Of a stretch of DNA of 64,000 nt, positions 19,842-26,393 are shown in pieces (positions within the stretch are counted from its first letter, which is position 1; every line of letters begins with the position of its first letter). Below the pieces are notes generated by a model that saw only the letters and a list, made by a program, of their open reading frames with translations, was not told where the DNA came from and searched no databases. Where the stretch lies: positions 186,001 through 250,000 of IMG/VR virus record IMGVR_UViG_3300044957_000763; one strand, given 5' to 3'. A program made the position numbers and the translations under genes.

Positions 19842-20060
19842 CTACTCTTCTTCGGATAAACCACTAGGTCGCTTGCTACGCTTTCTCAGCACGCTACCAA
19901 GTTCGCCCCATAGATTTCGCGCTTGCTCTTCTGATACCTCTACAATATGATGCCCAACCAGTATTTGTATGGTTCCCCTGTTGGAACTACTGTGGTCTCG
20001 CACAATGGGGTCTGCGTGGTATGTACCGCGAAACATGTTTAATAGCCTTTTGATAAACAT
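19842..20060 (-). CDS. Hypothetical protein
   Basis: 72-aa ORF. Confidence 0.55.
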   Translation of the reverse strand: MFIKRLLNMFRGTYHADPIVRDHSSSNRGTIQILVGHHIVEVSEEQARNLWGELGSVLRKRSKRPSGLSEEE

Positions 20061-20099
20061 AATGCGTTTATACAGCTTATTCTATATTATAGCATAAAT

Positions 20100-20173
20100 T
20101 GGAGGTCGTACAGGGAATCAAACCCTGCTTTCGGCGTTACGAGTGCCGTGCATCGTCACAATGCTTTACGACC
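20100..20173 (-). tRNA. tRNA-Thr(CGU)
   Basis: GGTCGTA/TACGACC, loop CT CGT AA, T loop TTTGATT (atypical), CCA. Confidence 0.8.
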
Positions 20174-20178
20174 GAAAT

Positions 20179-20264
20179 TGGAGCCGACACTGGGAATTGA
20201 ACCCAGACTGGATTTCTCCACCTGCTTACCAAGCAGGCTCCGTGACCACTAGGATAATGTCGGC
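20179..20264 (-). tRNA. tRNA-Thr(GGU) with class II-type V-arm
   Basis: GCCGACA/TGTCGGC, CCTGC-TT GGT AA-GCAGG, V-arm TGGA-GAAA-TCCA. Confidence 0.8.
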
Positions 20265-20387
20265 ATGAATTCTGGGGCTCCTGCTTTGGTTGTAGCAACT
20301 CCCTTAGCAGTACGGTTACTCGGAGTTGCTATTCATCCTTTCCCATACTAACCCCAGAAACTTAGAGGACTGAGTACTTTGAAGTAC

Positions 20388-21014
20388 TTAGTTATGTGCC
20401 ATTTGAGGTACTTTGGTCAATCTTTCAAAATCAGTCCTGTCTTTGTTGGCATAGATTTTCCAAATGGCTAGGTCAAGTTCTGCAGAATCAACACCAATTT
20501 CATCTGCATAATCCAAATAGATTTTTTCTAGGCGATTGTATTCTTTTTTGCTTCCTGGGGTTGATGTCGGAATATTTGACTCTCCCAAATAATCGCGCAT
20601 AAACTTAAGCAAATGGGTGTCAATGACACCAAAACGCACATTAGGCCTAGTGCAAGTTAAAAAGAAACGAGAGGTTTTAGGACCAATACCATGAATCGAC
20701 TCCAAATCATCGACCGTGCAATTGAAAAGGTCAACACCACTTGAAATTAAAGCACGGAAACAATGCGCAAGCCTGTTGTATTGTCCTAGGCGCGACTCCA
20801 TCAGTTTTTCAAACAAAGCACCTTCAGAATCCATTGTGCGGATTTTGTCAAAAGGGGATGCGCCAACTTTTCCTTTGCTTAAAAAAGAATCAAGAAGCCG
20901 CACTTGCACACTTGCTTTTTTCCCCGCAGCAACAATACAGAAAAGAAGAAAGCACTCTAACTCTTCTTTGGTTCTGTCGAAAATAATTGTATTGTTAGGG
21001 TCTGGAAATCTCAC
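20388..21014 (-). CDS. Helix-hairpin-helix DNA glycosylase-like protein (HhH-GPD/Ogg-like)
   Basis: LESIHGIGPKTSRFFL HhH motif, VIDTHLLKF, ELDLAIW; GTG start. Confidence 0.8.
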   Translation of the reverse strand: MRFPDPNNTIIFDRTKEELECFLLFCIVAAGKKASVQVRLLDSFLSKGKVGASPFDKIRTMDSEGALFEKLMESRLGQYNRLAHCFRALISSGVDLFNCTVDDLESIHGIGPKTSRFFLTCTRPNVRFGVIDTHLLKFMRDYLGESNIPTSTPGSKKEYNRLEKIYLDYADEIGVDSAELDLAIWKIYANKDRTDFERLTKVPQMAHN

Positions 21015-21042
21015 ATGTGGAAGTATACCACATGTGAAAAAA

Positions 21043-21123
21043 TGGCGACCTGTACGGGATTCGAACCCGTCTGATGTCTACCGTGACAGGGTAGTGGGAA
21101 CAACCAAGCTCCCCCCACAGGCC
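21043..21123 (-). tRNA. tRNA-Asp(GUC)
   Basis: CTACC-CT GTC AC-GGTAG, G73, CCA. Confidence 0.9.
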
Positions 21124-21129
21124 ATAAAT

Positions 21130-21205
21130 TGGAGCACCAGGTGGGACTCGAACCCACTACCTCCACATTACCAATGTGGCGTTCATCCATATGAACTTCA
21201 AGTGC
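21130..21205 (-). tRNA. tRNA-Thr(GGU)
   Basis: CCACA-TT GGT AA-TGTGG, CCA. Confidence 0.85.
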
Positions 21206-21211
21206 ATAAAT

Positions 21212-21287
21212 TGGAGCACGCGACAGGATTCAAACCTGCTACATCCGCATTACAAGTGCGGCGTTCAATCTCATGAACTTCGCGTGC
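21212..21287 (-). tRNA. tRNA-Thr(UGU)
   Basis: CCGCA-CT TGT AA-TGCGG, T loop TTTGAAT, CCA. Confidence 0.85.
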
Positions 21288-21294
21288 AAAAATC

Positions 21295-21377
21295 TGGAGC
21301 TGGCGACAGGATTCGAACCTGCGATGTGGAATCCCTGTTTACAAAACAGGTGCAATCGACCTCTATGCAACGCCAGC
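21295..21377 (-). tRNA. tRNA-Thr(UGU) with 11-nt variable region
   Basis: CCTGT-TT TGT AA-ACAGG, V region GAT-TCCAC-ATC, CCA. Confidence 0.8.
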
Positions 21378-21402
21378 GTATCTGTATTATACCTTAAAAA
21401 CT

Positions 21403-21476
21403 TGGCCCCCTCGACAGGAATCGAACCCGTATCATGGGTGTAGAAAACCCAGGCCTTGTCCATTAGACCACGAGGG
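21403..21476 (-). tRNA. tRNA-Arg(UCU)
   Basis: CCCCTCG/CGAGGGG, TGGGT-TT TCT AC-ACCCA, CCA. Confidence 0.9.
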
Positions 21477-21484
21477 GAGAATGC

Positions 21485-21554
21485 ATGCCCTGTATGGAAT
21501 TTAATCCATTCTCCTAGTTTACAGCCAGGTATTGCTCTTCTATACTTACATGGT
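21485..21554 (-). pseudogene. Degenerate tRNA-like sequence with GUA (Tyr) anticodon
   Basis: D stem GTAT/ATAC, loop CT GTA AA, T-like ATGGA-TTAAAT-TCCAT; acceptor only 5/7 paired, no CCA. Confidence 0.4.
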
Positions 21555-21657
21555 GCGCGGTACCACACAGTCCATGCTTTCTGTCCGACTCGGTCAACTG
21601 ACAGGACATAAGCTATTATACCACAGCCTTTGAGCCGGATGCAACCACACTTAAATC

Positions 21658-21739
21658 TGGCCCCTCGAGCGGGATTCGAACCCACATTTTCAGTTCCATT
21701 ACGCTGGACGGTTTAGAAGACCGCGACGACTACCGAGGG
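21658..21739 (-). tRNA. D-arm-less tRNA-Arg(UCU)-like RNA with expanded variable region
   Basis: CCCTCGG/TCGAGGG, 8-nt connector, GCGGT-CT TCT AA-ACCGT, 22-nt V region, canonical T arm, CCA. Confidence 0.75.
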
Positions 21740-22176
21740 ATATGTTGATGAATGGCATTGTGCAGAACAGTGTCTGTATACTGAATTGGTATATTTGGCA
21801 TATTTGATTTGAACGCCTTGGCCTTTTCTTCAATTGAAATTAAGTAATCAGCAGTCAATCCAATCTCAATACATTGCTCAACCTCTTGTGGTTCAATGTA
21901 CCTAAAACCACATTGAGTTCCGTTGAGATAATATGACTTATCATCACGCAGCCCAAGTGCAAAATTTTCTGGAATGGCATACCATTCAGGTGCAATTGAT
22001 AAATCTTTGTTGAGTCCGTGCCTGGATTGCCCTGATTCTGTCAATTCAATTAGGCACAATTTCAGTTTTGAGTCCAGTGTTAGCGGAACTTCGAGGACTT
22101 CAAATAGAGACCATGTTATTTTATTGAGTTGATGCACTGGCAATGAGTTAACTTGGATTTTGATTAATTCACTCAT
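21730..22176 (-). CDS. Hypothetical protein
   Basis: ORF; stop codon lies within the 5' end of the downstream tRNA-like gene. Confidence 0.65.
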   Translation of the reverse strand: MSELIKIQVNSLPVHQLNKITWSLFEVLEVPLTLDSKLKLCLIELTESGQSRHGLNKDLSIAPEWYAIPENFALGLRDDKSYYLNGTQCGFRYIEPQEVEQCIEIGLTADYLISIEEKAKAFKSNMPNIPIQYTDTVLHNAIHQHIPR

Positions 22177-22363
22177 TTTGAAACGTCTCATCTAGCTTGG
22201 TAGAAACTTTGACAACGAAATCTTGAATGTCTTCCTTGAGCAATCCAAGTACATCAGCGACTGGTTGCTCAGCCGCTTTCCCGCGCAATCTGTTCATCAA
22301 AGAACTTGTGATGTCAACTGTCATGCCAACTGCGTGAAGATTTGGGTGGTTCTCGATACTCAT
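22169..22363 (-). CDS. Hypothetical protein
   Basis: 64-aa ORF. Confidence 0.55.
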   Translation of the reverse strand: MSIENHPNLHAVGMTVDITSSLMNRLRGKAAEQPVADVLGLLKEDIQDFVVKVSTKLDETFQNE

Positions 22364-22385
22364 GTTGTTAGTTTACCTTAATTCT

Positions 22386-22460
22386 TGGCCCCCTCGATGG
22401 GATTCGAACCCATACCCTGTCGTTTAGGAAACGACCGCACATCCCTTGCGCTTCGAGGGG
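22386..22460 (-). tRNA. tRNA-Arg(CCU)
   Basis: GTCGT-TT CCT AA-ACGAC, CCA. Confidence 0.9.
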
Positions 22461-22469
22461 ATTTGATAT

Positions 22470-22687
22470 GATTTGACAGGTGAGCGTACCCGAGATTCTG
22501 CTCTATGTCTTGATTTATCTATTGGCCTCTAACCCGACCATCATAGCGTCGCTCACCCGCTAGGTCTGTTTGAGTTGCAGTCTCAGTAGTGCAAGCGACG
22601 AATCTCCTACCTTAAGCGACACTGTCTCGAGGTTTCTCTCCGCGCCTCTTTCGAGATTGGAGCCAAGACTTCTCTGCCTGTCAAATC
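22470..22687 (-). ncRNA. rnpB: Minimal RNase P RNA-like gene (catalytic domain only, no S-domain)
   Basis: P1 11 bp; P2 GUCUUGG/UCAAGAC; P3; P4 ACC-U-CGAGA/UCUCG-GGU with bulged U; P5; P6 pseudoknot; P7; P15-P17; conserved CAA, GGU, AGAUAAAU and CAGAA...GGUA elements. Confidence 0.85.
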
Positions 22688-22692
22688 TATTA

Positions 22693-22917
22693 TTACACAA
22701 CATCTGTGTTATTGTCAACTATTGGCACATGTTTGATATGTGGATATCGTTGACCGTATGTAACACGCACGTGGCACTCATCGCATTCATGCGGGAATTG
22801 CGGCGGGTGTGTTAAAAATGCTTGGCCAGTAGGTATCATCTTGCCTTTGCCGCACACATCGCACTGCATATCTATTTGAATTGTCATCATTGGTGTTTTG
22901 ATTTCCATATTCTTCAC
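22693..22917 (-). CDS. Small zinc-ribbon protein
   Basis: CDVC...HECDEC. Confidence 0.65.
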   Translation of the reverse strand: MKNMEIKTPMMTIQIDMQCDVCGKGKMIPTGQAFLTHPPQFPHECDECHVRVTYGQRYPHIKHVPIVDNNTDVV

Positions 22918-22927
22918 CTACTTTACA

Positions 22928-22950
22928 TGGTTCGCACGACAGGATTTGAA
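22928..22950 (-). pseudogene. Orphan tRNA 3' fragment
   Basis: TTCAAAT-CCTGT-CGTGCGA-A-CCA immediately after the endonuclease stop codon; no 5' T-stem strand. Confidence 0.6.
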
Positions 22951-22951
22951 T

Positions 22952-23383
22952 TTACATCGACCAAATATAGTCTTTAGCATATGTAAAATTAGGTGCGGTA
23001 TTTTTGGCATCAGAGAGCCTGATTGAAGCCTTGCCTTTGCCAGACCAAATTTCAACTGGAACCCATAATACTTCATTGATTTTTGGAACAAAAACAAGAA
23101 ATACATCAATTTGATTTTTAGTATATCCCTTGCGGATTGTTTTTCCGTTTTTGCTTCTTCCACTCCAACTAGATAGATTTACCACAACACTTCCTTGTGT
23201 TCTTTTGTTTGGTTTTCCATCGGCATATTTGACTTGACACCTATACATTTGACCATTTTTATCAATAATACAATCATATAGGCAACCTTCAATTGTTGGC
23301 TTGCTCAGAATGCAGTTGGTTGTAATTGCCCGCTGCTCTGCTGCAAGCATGGCTAAATGACCCTTTTGAGATGTGGATAACAT
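22952..23383 (-). CDS. PD-(D/E)XK homing-type endonuclease
   Basis: KGHLAM...YDCIIDKNGQMYRCQVKY...YTKNQIDVFLVF, pattern of the PDDEXK_5-like family. Confidence 0.8.
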   Translation of the reverse strand: MLSTSQKGHLAMLAAEQRAITTNCILSKPTIEGCLYDCIIDKNGQMYRCQVKYADGKPNKRTQGSVVVNLSSWSGRSKNGKTIRKGYTKNQIDVFLVFVPKINEVLWVPVEIWSGKGKASIRLSDAKNTAPNFTYAKDYIWSM

Positions 23384-23432
23384 TTCAATGTTATACAGCG
23401 AGTTTCCAAGCTATAGCCACTCAATTTCAAAT

Positions 23433-23509
23433 TGGTCTCCCCTGTGCGACTCAAACGCACGACCTTCGGCTTCGCGGACCGATGTTCTATTCAACTGAAC
23501 TAAGGGGAG
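23433..23509 (-). tRNA. tRNA-Arg(GCG)
   Basis: CTCCCCT/AGGGGAG, TCGGT-CC GCG AA-GCCGA, T loop TTTGAGT, CCA. Confidence 0.8.
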
Positions 23510-23515
23510 AATATT

Positions 23516-23824
23516 TTACCCTAAAAACCAATCCGCAAGACCAGCTTGCTCTTTGGGTCTCCATTTTGTCGCCATTTCAGGAGTGGTTAGTATGGCATTA
23601 ACGTATTGGTACCCACATGACATACATTCCCAAAATTCAGGATAGCGGTCAATTAAATCCGGGCAACCACACTCTATGCATGTTGGCACTGTGAATTTGT
23701 CGTGATTGCCTATTTCAAAGTTTGGAAACAGTGCTCCTTTTCTTTGCGACAATACAATCTCACTACAAGGATTAAGTTCGTATATCATTGTGTCTTTGCC
23801 AAAGAAAATTTCGCCCACACTCAT
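23516..23824 (-). CDS. Hypothetical zinc-ribbon protein
   Basis: CIECG...WECMSCG. Confidence 0.65.
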   Translation of the reverse strand: MSVGEIFFGKDTMIYELNPCSEIVLSQRKGALFPNFEIGNHDKFTVPTCIECGCPDLIDRYPEFWECMSCGYQYVNAILTTPEMATKWRPKEQAGLADWFLG

Positions 23825-24133
23825 CTACATATCCACAATTGTATCTAATACAGAAGTCTTGTCTTTTACTTGAGGGTCTAATCTTGAGAATATCTTTTCT
23901 TGACCAAGTTCTGTGAGCCTGAATATTTGCACTGTCCATTGTTCAGACGATTGGCACAATCCTTCATATTTATCTTCGTAGATGATGTCGTTGTCTAGAC
24001 CCCATTGAATGCTTTCTCTCAGAAATCTGTTTCGACCAACATGACCATCGAATACGATGTAGTCTGCCTTTCCATCTCGAAACGCTCTTGTGAATGAGTC
24101 AAGATATTCTTTTTCAGTAAACTTCTGTTCCAT
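23825..24133 (-). CDS. Hypothetical protein
   Basis: 102-aa ORF. Confidence 0.65.
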   Translation of the reverse strand: MEQKFTEKEYLDSFTRAFRDGKADYIVFDGHVGRNRFLRESIQWGLDNDIIYEDKYEGLCQSSEQWTVQIFRLTELGQEKIFSRLDPQVKDKTSVLDTIVDM

Positions 24134-24140
24134 TTAAGAA

Positions 24141-24530
24141 CTATACCCGATTGCGCCATTTGTTCAGCGCATCAATAGCATTAATAACGTCTTCTGAGAG
24201 TTCAGTAGCAGTTTTGGCCTCAAGTTCTTTGATTCTTGCGATAAGTCTTGGCACTAGATTGACCGAAGCTACTGCAAGTTCGGCATTGGCTTTTGCGTTG
24301 TGGTTGTCGCCCAGAAACGTTGCCATGCATTCTTCGTAGTAAAAATTGCATTCTGGATTTCCATAACGCTCTTGCAAGTCATATGGTCCGATTTCCATGT
24401 AATCACAGTCATATTCATCTTGGCTTAATTCATTACAGAACCATGGCAATTCTGTTGCGCCCCTGATTGCTTCGTATTGCTCTATGGCTGTTGCCAAGTC
24501 AACTTCTTGTTCTTCCAGAAAATCTTCCAT
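24141..24530 (-). CDS. Hypothetical protein (Ead/Ea22-like)
   Basis: ATELPW...NAELAVASVNLVPRLIARIKELEA pattern. Confidence 0.65.
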   Translation of the reverse strand: MEDFLEEQEVDLATAIEQYEAIRGATELPWFCNELSQDEYDCDYMEIGPYDLQERYGNPECNFYYEECMATFLGDNHNAKANAELAVASVNLVPRLIARIKELEAKTATELSEDVINAIDALNKWRNRV

Positions 24531-24593
24531 AGTTTATTATGACAGATAGCAGCGCAATGCCATCTGCGGAGGAGCTTACTATGAATAGGTCTG

Positions 24594-24827
24594 TTATTTG
24601 CCGTTGCGCCGGCATTCGCGTTCACCGCTCATTCGTTGATTATCTGACACAATCACCGGAATAGTAATTGGCCAAATAAGACCGCAAAAACCAACCTCGG
24701 CAAGTAACAACCATCTGGGTTGCACCCCTCTTGCAAGTTCTGTTTTGCCTGTGTCAGAAGCCGTATACCATACGTATATTGCCACTATTTGTGCAACCAG
24801 AAGATAAAGCATTATCCATATTGACAT
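24594..24827 (-). CDS. Small membrane protein
   Basis: Two hydrophobic segments; start moved downstream of the tRNA. Confidence 0.6.
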   Translation of the reverse strand: MSIWIMLYLLVAQIVAIYVWYTASDTGKTELARGVQPRWLLLAEVGFCGLIWPITIPVIVSDNQRMSGERECRRNGK

Positions 24828-24848
24828 ATGAATAGTGTACCATAAATT

Positions 24849-24927
24849 TGGAGCGCATGACAGGAATCGAACCTGCATTTTCATCCCTTAACTTATCTAG
24901 TTTCGAAGACTAGTGGTATACATGCGC
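24849..24927 (-). tRNA. D-arm-less tRNA-Arg(UCG)-like RNA with expanded variable region
   Basis: GCGCATG/CATGCGC, 7-nt connector, CTAGT-CT TCG AA-ACTAG, 20-nt V region, T arm GCAGG-TTCGATT-CCTGT, CCA. Confidence 0.75.
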
Positions 24928-24940
24928 GTGAATTGTGACC

Positions 24941-25015
24941 TGGAGGCCGGAACGGGACTCTAACCCGCATTCTTCTCGTTTGCAGCGAGATGCTTGGACT
25001 TTTAGCTATCCGGCC
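24941..25015 (-). tRNA. tRNA-Cys(GCA)
   Basis: TCTCG-CT GCA AA-CGAGA, U73, T loop TTAGAGT. Confidence 0.85.
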
Positions 25016-25536
25016 TTCAGGTCGACACCAAGTACGTATTGTGAGTTGATAACACTCATTCCAACTTGGATTGGTTCAACGGGAAACTGTTTGGTTGCGA
25101 TAACACCCAAAAACATTGGGGATGGCAGGAAATATGCTTTGTCTTTTGGACACAAATCTGTTTCGTGTACTTCTAGCGACGGCAGTTCCTTTGCATTGTC
25201 TGGGTGAACCACCACTTGTGTACAAATTAGTTCCATATCTGAAAAGCGTGAATCAACATCGAGCATTATATTGATGTCATCTATTGACTCGCCTTTAATG
25301 GTTTCTTTCTCTGGTCTCATACTTGTGCTCTTTTCAAGCATGTCCATCAGAACTTGGTCCCAATCTATGTCGTTTTTGGTCAATGGGATGACCATTTCTT
25401 CTTGACCAGCAGACATAACTATCTTGCCTGTCATTGGACTGTATATGATTGAGATTGCCTGGTCTTGTGTTTCGTATCGCGCTAAATTGTCAAGCGGAAG
25501 TTCATCCCGCATCAATACCTTGTTGCATAATTCCAT
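25006..25536 (-). CDS. Hypothetical protein
   Basis: 176-aa ORF; stop overlaps the 5' part of tRNA-Cys. Confidence 0.65.
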   Translation of the reverse strand: MELCNKVLMRDELPLDNLARYETQDQAISIIYSPMTGKIVMSAGQEEMVIPLTKNDIDWDQVLMDMLEKSTSMRPEKETIKGESIDDINIMLDVDSRFSDMELICTQVVVHPDNAKELPSLEVHETDLCPKDKAYFLPSPMFLGVIATKQFPVEPIQVGMSVINSQYVLGVDLKAG

Positions 25537-25557
25537 GCGGTATTATGTCGAAAAATC

Positions 25558-25633
25558 TGGAGCTCCGAGTCAGAGTCGAACTGACGAATGAGGCTTTTGC
25601 AGAACCTTCCCTTGGCCGCTTGGGTACCGGAGC
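25558..25633 (-). tRNA. tRNA-Cys(GCA)
   Basis: AGGTT-CT GCA AA-AGCCT, U73, CCA. Confidence 0.9.
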
Positions 25634-25649
25634 ATAGTAAGCCGGAGCT

Positions 25650-25853
25650 TTATACCCCGGCTAGGTCGCGTTCCTCTTCAATGAGGTTTTGTGCCTCATC
25701 GTGAGAAATATCAATTGCTTGAACGATAAATCGCTCAATGTGGTTGTACGGCAACCACCTGCCTGTTTCTGCGTCGAAGACTCGAGGCACGCCGCCCTCT
25801 TCTGGGATGCGAAGCACTGAACCCTCGAGCTCGAAGTAACTTGTGTTCTTCAT
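25650..25853 (-). CDS. Hypothetical protein
   Basis: MKNTSYFELEG..., preceded by GGAGG. Confidence 0.6.
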   Translation of the reverse strand: MKNTSYFELEGSVLRIPEEGGVPRVFDAETGRWLPYNHIERFIVQAIDISHDEAQNLIEEERDLAGV

Positions 25854-25900
25854 GCTGTGCCTCCTATGCAATGTTAGTATACCACGATTTTGGTATGTTT

Positions 25901-25975
25901 TGGAGCGGGGTACGAGACTCGAACTCGTCTCTTCAGATTGGAAATCTGAGGCCCGAACCTCTAGACCAACCCCGC
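25901..25975 (-). tRNA. tRNA-Gly(UCC)
   Basis: TCAGA-TT TCC AA-TCTGA, U73, CCA. Confidence 0.9.
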
Positions 25976-26084
25976 CTGTGTTGCGCATTGATATTGCGCA
26001 ATCTATTAGACGTTATACAACGTCAAAAAGTTCCATGTTAGTCAAGTTTGTAGACTGGTTACTAGTCGCTACTCTATCGCAGAT

Positions 26085-26125
26085 TGTGTCCACGGGTGGG
26101 ATTCGAACCCACGCTCTCTTTTGAG
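26085..26125 (-). pseudogene. 3' remnant of a class II tRNA
   Basis: CTC-AAAA-GAG V-arm-like hairpin and GTGGG-TTCGAAT-CCCAC T arm; no matching 5' half found. Confidence 0.45.
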
Positions 26126-26160
26126 TTGATGAACCACATCGGTCGTACCAACATGAAATC

Positions 26161-26303
26161 TGGCCCCGCAGATGGAGTCGAACCACCCACTCGTACAAGC
26201 GATATCTCCTCAACAAGCGTTCAAGTGTGTCTTACTCAACAGCACGATGTACGTCATACTACCTTTGATAGCACTATCCAGCTTGCATCCCAGAATGCGG
26301 GGG
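26161..26303 (-). ncRNA. 143-nt tRNA-like RNA (acceptor plus T arm enclosing ~110 nt)
   Basis: CCCCGCA/TGCGGGG-CCA, GGTGG-TTCGACT-CCATC, internal helix CGTACA/TGTACG. Confidence 0.55.
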
Positions 26304-26308
26304 TAAAT

Positions 26309-26384
26309 TGGTCCTCCTGACCGGACTTGAACCGGCTACTTCCTGACAGACAATCAGGTGCTTCGACTCTTGAGCTTCAGAAGG
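26309..26384 (-). tRNA. Atypical tRNA-Asp(GUC)
   Basis: CCTGA-TT GTC TG-TCAGG; pyrimidine at position 37 and A73 are atypical for Asp. Confidence 0.6.
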
Positions 26385-26393
26385 ATAAATTGG

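Noticed and set aside
21553-21570. T-box-like sequence GTGTGGTACCGCG (minus strand)
   Set aside because: Matches the UGGNACC bulge, but no complementary 3' antiterminator strand, terminator or Stem I specifier domain was found; treated as chance or a remnant.
22928-23430. Group I intron-split tRNA around the PD-(D/E)XK endonuclease
   Set aside because: No P7/P3 core and no matching tRNA 5' half upstream.
26161-26303. tmRNA
   Set aside because: Too short, no G3-U70 Ala identity, no tag ORF or pseudoknots recognised.
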